The notes beneath the pieces were generated by a model that made no database searches, was not told the origin of the DNA, and was given only the letters and a program-made list of their open reading frames with translations. Positions 24,107 to 34,780 of a stretch of DNA of 64,000 bases are shown here, piece after piece (within the stretch, counting starts at the first letter, position 1; the number at the start of each line of letters is the position of its first letter). Origin of the DNA: Naegleria gruberi (lineage: Eukaryota); NCBI GenBank assembly GCA_000004985.1, contig GG738850.1; one strand, given 5' to 3'. Made by a program: the position numbers and the translations under genes.

Positions 24107-25546
24107 TTATCTTCTACGAGCAGATACAGGAGCTGCAGCTCTATGAACAACAGCAGCACGATGAACCACTGGAGGTGGTCTGGCAGCTCTTGGTGCTGGA
24201 TTACTGACTCTAGGTCTGCTTGCATGAGTGACTGGTCTAACATGATTGACAGCACCTGCTCCAGTTGTTTTTCTGGTATTTCTTGGTGAAGGAGAGGGTC
24301 TATTATTGCTCAATCTTAATGGTTTATGTGCTCTAGCATTATTTCTTGGTTTTGGACCATTAATGATTGATGGTTGACTTGGTCGATTTCTATTGCCTCT
24401 ATTACCAGCAGGAACACGCATTGGTTTAGTATTATTGACAGATCCATTTGGAGCATTTCGTATCTTCTTACTCAATTGGGAGATTACATTCTTCAAACTT
24501 CCTTTCATTTCTTGATATTTTGGCGGTAATGAAACTTTCTTAAATGCACTCGATTTACTAATACTTCCAGTGAGCAAACCAATTGATTCAGTAATAGGTG
24601 TTGCACTCTTAACAACTCTTGGCATGACACTGCTTTTCACAGTAGCTTCCAATGGTGCCAATTTACTTTGGGAGAATTTAGTAATGGATTTTCCTAATAA
24701 GGAAGCAATTTGACTGGATTGAGGAAAACCCAAACGTTCCAATGTTTCAGCAATATTACCTCCCAATTGAACTCCCATTAAATTCACACCACCTGCATAA
24801 CTTCCAAATTTATCCATAATTTCTTTAATTTTTTCTGGAGTGAAAGTTGAAGCTCCACCAGTTTGTCCTCCGTCAAGCATTTGTCCCAATTGACCACCGA
24901 TTTGACCACTTACTTGTCCAATAATTTGATTTGTGATTCTTCCAATTTGAGAAGAAATAATAGATCCAAGACCCTTGAACATGGTTTCAGCGCCTCCACT
25001 AGTTTCCTCAATTGAAACAGGACCATTTGGTCCCAATTGACCAGAAGCAGAATTTGAATTTTCTGAATTCATTGCAATATCTTTCAAGGAACCTTTCAAA
25101 ATATCAGAAGCTGGATGAGCTGATCTTTTAGAAAATAATTGAATGTACTGAGCTAACAATTTCTTCAAATTACTTGTCTTGTCATTGTCAGGAAGTTGAT
25201 TGTAAATTTCTTGAAGTTTTGAAGCAAATAGAAGATACTTTTCTGCAATGACAGTTTCGTCTGATTTGGAAATTATGTTCTTGGCTGTTTTGATTACATC
25301 TCTACTTTCGTTTGCGATTTCTCTGCTGACTGTTTGTTGTGGTTTCGAATAGTTTGGAGTTTCGTCCAATTGCATGTCCACATGCTTTCTTGTCTCAGGT
25401 CTGTGAGTAATGGAAACATGCTTCTTTCCCCCTGAAATATTCACATTCACATCCATGCGAATATCTAACGCGCGACTTGCCTCAAGATGACACAAAACTG
25501 TCAACGCAACAACTGTCAAAACTGTCAGAACTGTTGTAGCTTTCAT
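24107..25546 (-). CDS. secreted Ser/Gly-rich protein with Arg/Pro-rich basic C-terminal tail
   Basis: ATG at 25546 followed by a signal peptide (MKATTVLTVLTVVALTVLCHLEA). GC-rich 3' end encodes RPRVSNPAPRAARPPPVVHRAAVVHRAAAPVSARRR. Confidence 0.55.
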   Translation of the reverse strand: MKATTVLTVLTVVALTVLCHLEASRALDIRMDVNVNISGGKKHVSITHRPETRKHVDMQLDETPNYSKPQQTVSREIANESRDVIKTAKNIISKSDETVIAEKYLLFASKLQEIYNQLPDNDKTSNLKKLLAQYIQLFSKRSAHPASDILKGSLKDIAMNSENSNSASGQLGPNGPVSIEETSGGAETMFKGLGSIISSQIGRITNQIIGQVSGQIGGQLGQMLDGGQTGGASTFTPEKIKEIMDKFGSYAGGVNLMGVQLGGNIAETLERLGFPQSSQIASLLGKSITKFSQSKLAPLEATVKSSVMPRVVKSATPITESIGLLTGSISKSSAFKKVSLPPKYQEMKGSLKNVISQLSKKIRNAPNGSVNNTKPMRVPAGNRGNRNRPSQPSIINGPKPRNNARAHKPLRLSNNRPSPSPRNTRKTTGAGAVNHVRPVTHASRPRVSNPAPRAARPPPVVHRAAVVHRAAAPVSARRR

Positions 25547-25694
25547 GTTGTGGAATTTTTTTGTTGATATCTAACCAAAGCTCAATCTGATTTGTTGGTT
25601 GACCTTTGCTTTTCACTTTCTTTTTGGTTCGATTATAATCATGTTACTTATCCGAATAGGTTTTGGACAATTTATCCAAGGCAAGAAGATTATA

Positions 25695-25772
25695 TTTGGA
25701 CATTTATTGGATTAAGCCATTTAGATGTCAACAAAACCATTAAAAATATATTATTTACAATAGAAATTTAAA
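25695..25772 (+). repeat. ~70-bp direct repeat, copy A (about 90% identical to copy B at 27678..27740)
   Basis: ttattggattaagccatttagatgtcaacaaaaccattaaaaatatattatttacaatagaaatttaaag matches ttattggattagaccatttagatgtaaacaaaccattaaaatatatttacaaagaaatttaaat. Confidence 0.6.
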
Positions 25773-26138
25773 GTACTCGTGGACAAACTATTCGAAAGAT
25801 ACTTCAAAGTTAAAGTAATAGATCTATACAACGTGTCTACAATTAATCTTTAATATGAACTTAAAAAGTAGGTCATACCCTTTGAATGTTTTTAAAAACT
25901 CACCTTTCTAACATATCAGTAGAATTAGGATGTTGAACTGAGCTAGAATTCTTTCCTTACTTTTAAAAGTCGACAGGTCCTTATTCGTCTTATTGGTCAC
26001 ACAACACTAAATCCTGACATATGACTCTTAATAGATCGTTGAGTCATTTAATTTCTATGCCTTATCTGTTAATTGGTTTTCTCGTGTCCTTTCTTTCAGT
26101 CTTTATCAAATCTAAATAAAAGAACAACTTTAAAAAAA

Positions 26139-27689
26139 ATGAGCAAACGCAACAGACAAGATTTTGAAAAGCAAACAATTTCGGAGGAGGAGGACTACCT
26201 ATTCATGATCAATAATAATAATAATACTGACAACAACACGGAGAAAGCAAAAAAGAAAAAACCTTTTCAAGAAATATTTTCAGATGATGTTTGTTTTGAA
26301 ATAATTTCCATGATGATCAATGATTCGTGGTTTATTTTGAATAATTGTTCCTTGATTTCAAAACAATTCTTTAATGTGATCAAGGAACGTTCAAAACTTG
26401 TTATTCAATTTAAAAAAAAATTTACAGAGAAAAGAATTGAATTATTCATGAAAAGTCAATTTATGAATAGTATTGTTCATGTTAAATTTTCTAGAAGGTT
26501 GCTTGACTCAATAGAACAAGCCAAATTCATAACTGAAATGAAACAATTAAAATCACTTGATATTAGTGGAAATCGAATTGGAGATGAAGGAGCCAAATCA
26601 ATAAGCGAGATGAAACAATTAACATCACTTGATATTGATAACAATCAAGTTGGCGATGAAGGAGCCAAATCTATAATTGAAATGAAACAATTAACATCAC
26701 TTGATATTGCTGGCAATCAAATTGGAGATGAAGGAGTCAAATCAATAAGTGAAATGAAACAATTAACATCACTTAGTATATGTTACAATCAAATTGGAGA
26801 TGAAGGAGTCAAGTCAATAAGTGAAATTAAACAATTAAAATCACTTGATATTGATAACAATCAAATTGGAGATGAAGGAGCCAAATCTATAATTGAAATG
26901 AAACAATTAACATCACTTGATATTAGTGGAAATCAAATTGGAGATGAAGGAGCCAAATCAATAAGCGAGATGAAACAATTAACATCACTTAGTATATGTT
27001 ACAATCAAATTGGTGATGAAGGAGCCAAGTCAATAAGTGAAATTAAACAATTAACATCACTTATTATTAATAACAATCAACTTGGTGTAGCAGGAGCCAA
27101 ATCAATAAGTGAATCGAAACAATTAACATCACTTGATATTGGTAGAAATCGAATTGGTGATGAAGGAGTCAAGTCAATAAGTGAAATGAAACAATTAACA
27201 TCACTTAATATACGTTACAATCAAATTGGTGATGAAGGAACCAAATCTATAAGTGAAATGAAACAATTAACATCACTTGATATTGATAACAATCAAATTG
27301 GTGATGAAGGAGCCAAATCAATAAGTGAAATGAAACAATTAACATCACTTGATATTTATAACAATCAAGTTGGCGATGAAGGAGCCAAATCTATAATTGA
27401 AATGAAACAATTAACATCACTTAATATTGCTGGCAATCAAATTGGAGATGAAGGAGCCAAATCAATAAGTGAAATGAAACAATTAACATCACTTGATATT
27501 TATAACAATCAAGTTGGCGATGAAGGAGCCAAATCAATAAGTGAAATGAAACAATTAACATCACTTAATATATGCTACAATCAAATTGGAGATGAAGGAG
27601 TCAAGTCAATAAGTGAAATGAAACAATTAAAATCACTTATTATTATTAACCAACGGACGAAATCTAATATATCCAAGTTATTGGATTAG
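26139..27689 (+). CDS. F-box-like / RNI-type leucine-rich-repeat protein
   Basis: ATG at 26139 (aaaaaaaATG; the ORF-track start at 26073 is TTG). An F-box-like N-terminus (FQEIFSDDVCFEIISMMINDSWFILNNCSLISKQFF) is followed by about 15.5 copies of the 24-aa unit KSISEMKQLTSLDIxNNQIGDEGA. Confidence 0.8.
   Translation: MSKRNRQDFEKQTISEEEDYLFMINNNNNTDNNTEKAKKKKPFQEIFSDDVCFEIISMMINDSWFILNNCSLISKQFFNVIKERSKLVIQFKKKFTEKRIELFMKSQFMNSIVHVKFSRRLLDSIEQAKFITEMKQLKSLDISGNRIGDEGAKSISEMKQLTSLDIDNNQVGDEGAKSIIEMKQLTSLDIAGNQIGDEGVKSISEMKQLTSLSICYNQIGDEGVKSISEIKQLKSLDIDNNQIGDEGAKSIIEMKQLTSLDISGNQIGDEGAKSISEMKQLTSLSICYNQIGDEGAKSISEIKQLTSLIINNNQLGVAGAKSISESKQLTSLDIGRNRIGDEGVKSISEMKQLTSLNIRYNQIGDEGTKSISEMKQLTSLDIDNNQIGDEGAKSISEMKQLTSLDIYNNQVGDEGAKSIIEMKQLTSLNIAGNQIGDEGAKSISEMKQLTSLDIYNNQVGDEGAKSISEMKQLTSLNICYNQIGDEGVKSISEMKQLKSLIIINQRTKSNISKLLD
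26530..27650 (+). repeat. tandem array of ~15.5 near-identical 72-bp units (coding LRRs)
   Basis: The unit gaaatgaaacaattaacatcacttgatatt..aatcaaattggagatgaaggagccaaatcaataagt is repeated head-to-tail, with only a few substitutions per unit. Confidence 0.9.
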
Positions 27690-27740
27690 ACCATTTAGAT
27701 GTAAACAAACCATTAAAATATATTTACAAAGAAATTTAAA
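27678..27740 (+). repeat. ~70-bp direct repeat, copy B; overlaps the last 4 codons and 3' UTR of the LRR gene
   Basis: See copy A. Confidence 0.6.
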
Positions 27741-27926
27741 TGGATAAAATAGCTCCCAAAATAGAATCTCGTTGTTTAGAAACACCTCCTACATAATTTT
27801 CCAAGACAATTTTGCACAGTTGAAAGCAAGGAACATAACCATTTGATTGTGCAGTTTTGAAAGTGCACATGCAACGTGGCGACAATGAAATTTCTTTTGT
27901 AATCTTTTTAAGGAAATTAAAAAAAA

Positions 27927-29555
27927 ATGTCAAAACAAAGTGTCACCATTCAATTAATTGATATTTCGGAATTTGATTCGAATAATCATTATTTTTCACT
28001 CTTGAAAAGAAAATTCACAAATCAACAAAAAGGGAAAATATTATGGTTGAAAAGAAGAGATGACATACCTCCAGAAATGAAAGGTTTCCTTCCGATTGAA
28101 TTTGCAAAGGAAGTTTCGATTGCCACTCGATTTTTACATGACAATCTCCCAACTTACAAGTGTAGTAAAACCTTGCTTGATTTACATGCACAATTGGCAA
28201 AAGAAGTTGGATTTGAAACTAATATATTCGAATATATTATTGCAAATGAACAAGTTATTAGAAATATGATCATTTTGAGAGGAAGAGAATTTTTGAAAAA
28301 CATACCAATGAAATGTGCGGACATTGATAGAATTGCAGATTCAGGAAAATTAGAATTCACAAGAAATGATGTCCATTTATTTAATTTATTGCTCGACTCG
28401 CAAGGAAGTCAGTCGTTTCTTTATTTGGATGATGATTTGAAGAAAGATGTGAAAATACTACGGAAAATATTCGAACGCTACAAGTTTTGTTGTTTGGATC
28501 ATTTCAATGAAGAATTTCGAACAAATAGAGACATTGTTAAGGAGGCAATGGTTTACCAACCACTTCTCTATCGATATATAGATGAAAAATTGAAATTTGA
28601 CAGAGAAATTGTTAAATTGGCACTTGAAAGGGATGGATCTATATTGAAATTTGTTCCTCCAAAGACTAAATTTCATTCAGATATTGAACTTGCCTCCATA
28701 GCAATTCGAAACAATCATTTAGCATTTGAATTCGTCTCACCAAAGGTGAAGGATCGATTGGAATCGAATTATCAAATTAGTTTGGATTTATATCAATTGA
28801 AATATTGGAATACAAAAGAGAAAGTTTTAGAAATTTGGGAAAATTCACAATTTAAACTAGAAAAGGAAATTGCCTTGGCGGGAATTAAGCAAAACTGTGA
28901 AATTTATTTCCAACTCCCTCAAGATTTGCAACAAGATTCAAACATAATTCTCAAATACATTGTTTCAAGTGGAAAGATACTCAACGATAGTTTGAATGAT
29001 TGGATAGTTTTAGAACTTGCTAAGAATCATGATACTAGTTTATTTATGTTACTACCAGACAAGTATAGAAATGATTTTCATTACAATGAAATATTAATCA
29101 AAAGAAATGCACGTTTTTTAAGATTTCTAACTACTGAAATGAAAAACAATTATTTACTTGTCATGCAAGCTGTCAAAAATGATGGAAGTACCTTAGAATA
29201 TGCTTCTGAGGAATTGAGAAATGATTTGGAAATATGCAAACAAGCAATTTACAATAATGGAGCTGCATTTAAACATGTTGGGCCATTACAGGAACATAAT
29301 TATGATTTACTCTTGCTTTCGTTTATTTCTAATAACCAAAACTCTGTACAAAATTTGAAACAGGCAGAATATGATCCAGAAATAATTAAACTGGTTTATC
29401 AATTTGATCCAACAGTTACTGGAAAAAAGAATTCCAAATTTACAAAGGAGGAATGGATTGAATTTACTATTCGAAAGGGATATTGTATTACATTTAGTGA
29501 GGAATTATTCAATGCTCGATTGGATTTTGAATATTTTGGCGCCAAAATTTATTAA
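27927..29555 (+). CDS. DUF4116-repeat protein
   Basis: Repeated about 40-aa units match the DUF4116 consensus (..NDxEIVLxAVKQNGxALxYAS..), e.g. NYLLVMQAVKNDGSTLEYASEELRNDLEICKQAIYNNGAAFKHV and FDREIVKLALERDGSILKFVPPKTKFHSDIELASIAIRNNHLAFEFVSPKV. A-run before ATG. Confidence 0.65.
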   Translation: MSKQSVTIQLIDISEFDSNNHYFSLLKRKFTNQQKGKILWLKRRDDIPPEMKGFLPIEFAKEVSIATRFLHDNLPTYKCSKTLLDLHAQLAKEVGFETNIFEYIIANEQVIRNMIILRGREFLKNIPMKCADIDRIADSGKLEFTRNDVHLFNLLLDSQGSQSFLYLDDDLKKDVKILRKIFERYKFCCLDHFNEEFRTNRDIVKEAMVYQPLLYRYIDEKLKFDREIVKLALERDGSILKFVPPKTKFHSDIELASIAIRNNHLAFEFVSPKVKDRLESNYQISLDLYQLKYWNTKEKVLEIWENSQFKLEKEIALAGIKQNCEIYFQLPQDLQQDSNIILKYIVSSGKILNDSLNDWIVLELAKNHDTSLFMLLPDKYRNDFHYNEILIKRNARFLRFLTTEMKNNYLLVMQAVKNDGSTLEYASEELRNDLEICKQAIYNNGAAFKHVGPLQEHNYDLLLLSFISNNQNSVQNLKQAEYDPEIIKLVYQFDPTVTGKKNSKFTKEEWIEFTIRKGYCITFSEELFNARLDFEYFGAKIY

Positions 29556-29806
29556 ATTATCAAAAGAACCTCAAGAAAATAGACTTTCGAATAAACATTT
29601 GATATCAATTCTATTGTATAAACTAACCCACCAATCATTCCTCAATAACATCCCAAAACGCCAATCTTTTCACATAAACAGAAACAATCAAACACTTTCG
29701 TCTACTGTCATTTACTGACATTTAACACACAAACAACCGAAAGAGCCGTTGTGTGGTTAACAAAAAATTGCAAACTGTCAACCAACAATTCGTATTTAAA
29801 AAAAAA

Positions 29807-31560
29807 ATGGGCAACAAACAAGCAAAGAAACACGCAACCTCCCATCTACAAACTTTCCACGGAATTTTCTCACATTACGGAATGATAAATTTCGATGAGC
29901 AAAATTTGCAACAAAATTCAAATACTTCCTCAGCAACTCCACAACAAGAGAGTACTAGTATTGTAAGGAATTTGAAGGAAATTCTGGAGGGAAAACATCA
30001 AATCAAGTTGAATCCCGAGATGGAAGATAAAATTTGTGGATGGATTATTAAGAATTTTACCGATTTGGAAAAGTGGAAAAAAGTTGAAGTTTCCCGACAA
30101 GTTGTTTCGAGCTTTGAAAAGTTGTTTGATGGAAAAGTTGGACAGAAGGGTGAGAAGGAGTGGAAGAGTGTTGTTTTGGATATGATAAATTACATCATTC
30201 CGAAATATTTGAAAGGTTTTGGAGTTGGAAATAGACAATTGTGTGAAGTTACAATATTTAATAGTGATTTGAGAGGTGAAATGCCGAATATTGACTTGTT
30301 AACAACACTTGACAAGGCACATAAATTGCAGGATTTAGATTTTTCGATTAATAATTTGACAAGTTTGAATGAAGATTGGTTTATTGGAAAATTATCACAA
30401 AATGGAGAATCAGATTTGAAGAAATTAGCACTCTCTGGAAATATGTTTGAACATTTGAATTTACCAAAGGGAGAATGTGCCATCTTTCCAAATTTGAAGA
30501 ATATATACTTGCATAATAACATCATGCTGAAAACATTCCCTAAATGGGTTTGTTATCAACCAAAGATTGAGATTTTGAAATTATACGAATGCCAAATTGA
30601 AGGACTAATTCCAAAAGAATTATTTATTCATGCCAAGACAATGCTTACTTTGGAAATGTACAATAATAATTTGGATGGGTTTGAAACATTCAATGATGAA
30701 GACTTGAATAGATTGGAATTGTTAAAATTGTCAACTCTAGTGTTGCATTCCAATAATATTTCACAACTCCCTTCCACTCTGTTCAATGGTAATATTTTTG
30801 GCAATTTGAAGGAATTGTTCGTTTCATTCAATAACTTGACAGCTTTCCCAGAAAGCATGGGAGATTTGAATCATTTACACACTATTATTGCAGAATCAAA
30901 CCAAATTGCTGACATCCCATCTTCCTTTGCCAAATTGAGCGTACTCAGAGAACTCAACTTGGCCTTCAACAAACTCACACGATTCCCAACCGAACTCTTG
31001 GAATTGGAAAGTTTGGAAACACTCGAAATTAACAATAATGCCATTGAACAAGTTCCTCTGGAAGCATCTGAGTGGAGTAAATTACGTCGGTTAGCAAAAT
31101 TGACCCTCTCTAGAAATTTGATTAAAAAACTACCAGAGAATTGGATCTCAGAGTCATGCCTATTCTCAATGCAAAGATTAAATGTGGGATATAACCAAAT
31201 TGAGGAATTGAACATTTTTGGAACATTTGACTCCAACCTAATGTATGACGAGAAACCAATCATTCCAAGACTCTCACAATTCATATCTTGTGGTAATCGA
31301 GTGAAGCAATTCCCAACAGCCCTAGTGGAGATTTTCAAGGAAACACTACAAGTGATTTACTTGGGTCACAATGAAATGCAATCCATTCCTGATATGAGTT
31401 CAGTTTCGAGATTAGTTCACTTGAATTTGTGTTACAATAATATTGAAGGCGAGTTGAGAGATGTCTTACAAAAGATCATGACATCCAAGTTGAAATATCT
31501 CAACTTGGAAGGAAATTGCATTACTGGAACCACCAATATTGAAAATTACATCAATTCGCA
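29807..31560 (+). CDS. leucine-rich-repeat protein (typical LxxLxLxxNxL repeats), 3' end lost in assembly gap
   Basis: ATG at 29807 (MGNKQAKK, A-run context). At least 15 LRRs (LRELNLAFNKLTRFP, LETLEINNNAIEQVP, LVHLNLCYNNIEGEL). The ORF runs into the N-run at 31561 without a stop. Confidence 0.75.
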
Positions 31561-31610
31561 NNNNNNNNNNNNNNNNNNNNNNNNNNNNNNNNNNNNNNNN
31601 NNNNNNNNNN
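31561..31610. other. assembly gap (50 N)
   Basis: A run of 50 n characters. The ORF-track continuations across it on both strands are artefacts. Confidence 0.99.
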
Positions 31611-32686
31611 CTGGAATGGGCTCTGTTGATGAAAGCCGTAAATATTTCGTCTCCATTGACTACACATTGAGATTGACGTTTAGTTATTTCTTCAAAGAAC
31701 AATGTTTTATCCAAATTTGTTGCACCATTTCCAATGAATGAAGGATAACATTCAAATTGTATATAATTGCTTCTGATCTTCTCTTGTTCCATCTCACTAT
31801 CATCCCGTAAATAATTGATAGCCTCAGGTAAATAGGTTTTTAAAATTCTAATTTTCAACTTCTCACTACGAGTAATCTCTTTGCTAAGATTACATTTATA
31901 CACTGATAATTCTTTGTTTAGGATAGAAATGTCGATGCTTTGGAGGTTTTCTGGAAGATTTATACCTCTTGCCAGGTTAGTAATTGTGTGCAACACTGTT
32001 TGTTGTTTGGCACTGATGCTGTATTTTGGCCCTTCAGAAAATTCCAAATTGTCGTTGTAATAAAAGACTAATTGGTTGTTGTTTTTCAGGGAAGAATCGA
32101 ATATGTTTATTCGATTAGCCATATACTTTACCAAGTGTGAGTCAACGGTTTTGTAAGAAGAACTCAACCCCAACTTGCAAAGTAAATCCACATCTCTTGC
32201 ACTGACGCCTGTAGATATCAAAAACACACCAATTACTGAGGAGAATAGGGTAGCCCTTTCATTCATAGCATTGGCCAAAAGATTCATGGCAACAGAGATC
32301 ATGCGAGTCTTTCTTTGGTAGAGTTGGAGGTTTTCTTTCTTGAGAGTTGAAAGTTTGGAGGAGTATTTTCGGCCAAAGCATATACGAGAAAGCATGTTGA
32401 AGAGAGTAACATATATCTGCACTGGTTCATCACATAGGTCGAGAATGGAGGTGCTGGTGGAGAGGTGTTGTGTATTGCGATTTGCCAATTTCTCTAGTTC
32501 TGATGATGATGTGTTGAATATTGTTTCCAAAGGAGATTGGTTAGATGCTCGGGCAATGTTAGGATTAGAGTAGAATATCTCTAGTGAATTGTTAACAGTG
32601 GTGCTCAGGTTGTTAACATCTGCACCTTTGGCCACCATTAACTCGAAAACCTTGTTGCTAATACGAAGGGGCTTGTTGGAGGCCAT
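31611..32686 (-). CDS. hypothetical protein (at least 358 aa), 3' end lost in assembly gap
   Basis: ATG at 32686 (MASNKPLRISNKVFELMVAKGADVNNL...). The long ORF has coding-like composition. I recognise no domain. Confidence 0.45.
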
Positions 32687-33671
32687 TTTTTTGTTAAAAA
32701 TATGTTTTTAAATTTAACGGTTATTTTCCTAAAGATTCAGCGGCAACTGCTGGGCGCGAAATTACCGTGGTGTAACATTTTTTCCATCACCTCCCTCGGT
32801 CTATCTATTTGAATTTCCTTTTGACGAATTTTCTCTTTCTAAATGGGATATTCACTATTAATCCTCATTATTCCTGCAATTTATACCGCTTCATCTCAAT
32901 CATTTTCATAGTTTTTCAATTAGCTTCTTCATTATCTTCATTATCTTCTTAGTATTAATTTCATAATTGTTTAATAATCACCATCATCATCATGTGATTC
33001 CAAATAGCACTTTGAAGGCCCGATTAATTCCAACACCATAACAAGACAACAAATAGAAGAATAGCTTCGCGCCTCCTACCCAGTGTCGTCTTCCTCACAC
33101 TATTCTATTACTCTCTCTGCTCTCCTTATTCAAACACCACTTGCCATTCAAGAGTTTCATTATTTTTTCTTCTTCAACTCCTCTCTCTTCGTTAGTGCAA
33201 CACCCATTACAGTGAGAAGCATAGCAAGATCTTCTTTAAAAAAAAACAATCAAAATCTCCCGCTAATAGCGCATTAGAGAAAAAGCTTTTGTTGCGTTTT
33301 TTAAAGTGGTGCGCTTGCAAGTTCTATTCAGGTTCATCAAGTAGAGTTTGAAGAAGATTTTTTCGGTTTGCGACACAAGTGGTGATATATTGTTTGATAT
33401 TACTTGTTCATCATATTGTTGTTATTGGTGCTATTTTTTGAGTGTGGTGGTTAATTAGTAGAATAGTAGTAATACAACATCAGTTCATTGGATTTTTTGT
33501 AAATATTCGCTCCGAATCTAAATTTCAACTGGTTGGATATAGATAGTATTTGTAATTGTGTGATAATAGTTAGTGATATTCGGTTAGCACGACAACCCCT
33601 CTAATAGTACTATTACTTTTTAGTGTAAATATATTATCTATTGGTAAATATTTAAGAACTCGGAACTAGAA
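32687..33671. promoter_or_regulatory. divergent intergenic/promoter region
   Basis: Lies between the minus-strand start at 32686 and the plus-strand start at 33672. AT-rich and T-rich tracts, no supported ORF. Confidence 0.25.
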
Positions 33672-34613
33672 ATGGAGATTACAACAACTTCATATATTAA
33701 TACTTCGTTTGATTGTATGTGTTGTAACGAATCGGAGCAATGCACTTGTTGTATTGAGATTACAACAACAATCAATATGACTACGACTACATGTTTTGAA
33801 TCGAATGAATCTAATTTTGTAAATAATCAAAAAAGGGCTTTGAAAAGACAAGCCAATTCATGCAATCACTCACGAACTAACAGTTATAGCTCATCTTGCA
33901 GTAGTACAAATAGTCATACTATGGAAGATCAAGATTTAACTCCTTTGTGTGGACTCTATCAAAACGATTATAATGAAAACGATTATTGGAGTGATGATTT
34001 GGAAGAAAATCTCTTCTCACCTATATATTATGATTCCTCAAAAATCAAACTGAGAAAGACGCCATTCCTTAACAAAAATGTTTGTCTAGACGAAAAAAAG
34101 ATATTATTTGTAGATAATGTACAAAATTGCGTAATTGAAATACCTGAAAATCATTCTTCCAATCCACCATCCATACTGACAAGATTTTTCAAACATCCAG
34201 AGAGAATTTGCTCCCACCAAACTCTTGTTTCCCTTCTATTTATTCTCACCATGGTTGGGGAGTTATTTGATCCTCACTATTCCTCTTTTATAGCCATTCA
34301 GGCTGTTTTAGCAACACTGTTGGGTATATTTGCAATTTATCGCCGAAATCAAACATTGGTGACCATTCATTCAGTATGGATTTCCGCCATTACCTCATTT
34401 ATGCTTTTACAATTTGTATTTTACATTGTTTTTGATTTTGCACAGGCTGTACATGACTATCAATTGAGTACAGGGGACTTGTTGCATTTGTGGCGATTTG
34501 GCTCTTCTCTCACTCTAATCTTTCTCGTTTTCCTTGAGTCAATCAAAGCCAGTAAAGAGTTATCAATTGTTGACACTCTGAGGAATGCTTTGAACAACAA
34601 GACCAAAAATTGA
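33672..34613 (+). CDS. hypothetical multi-pass membrane protein with N-terminal Cys cluster (CMCCNESEQCTCC)
   Basis: 313-aa ORF. The C-terminal half has 4-5 hydrophobic helices (LVSLLFILTMVGELF.., AIQAVLATLLGIFAIY.., VWISAITSFMLLQFVFYIVF.., LTLIFLVFLESI). Confidence 0.5.
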   Translation: MEITTTSYINTSFDCMCCNESEQCTCCIEITTTINMTTTTCFESNESNFVNNQKRALKRQANSCNHSRTNSYSSSCSSTNSHTMEDQDLTPLCGLYQNDYNENDYWSDDLEENLFSPIYYDSSKIKLRKTPFLNKNVCLDEKKILFVDNVQNCVIEIPENHSSNPPSILTRFFKHPERICSHQTLVSLLFILTMVGELFDPHYSSFIAIQAVLATLLGIFAIYRRNQTLVTIHSVWISAITSFMLLQFVFYIVFDFAQAVHDYQLSTGDLLHLWRFGSSLTLIFLVFLESIKASKELSIVDTLRNALNNKTKN

Positions 34614-34780
34614 ACATAACATGAAGACTTGAGCTGAGTCATTTGGTTTCTGATAGGTCCAATCAAACATGAATCATCAATGAAAATAAGAAAATATTCA
34701 AATGTTATGATTTCTGTAAAAGGAATTGGTCATGAATAAACTTGTTTATTTTACATTGATAATATTTTGTACATTAAATT

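Noticed and set aside
26530-27650. CRISPR-like regular repeat array
   Set aside because: Units are contiguous with no spacers. They form a continuous LRR-coding frame in a eukaryotic gene, so this is tandem coding repeats, not a CRISPR array.
31466-31741. ORF segments extending through the N-run on both strands
   Set aside because: Artefacts of translating the 50-N gap as X; not real coding sequence.
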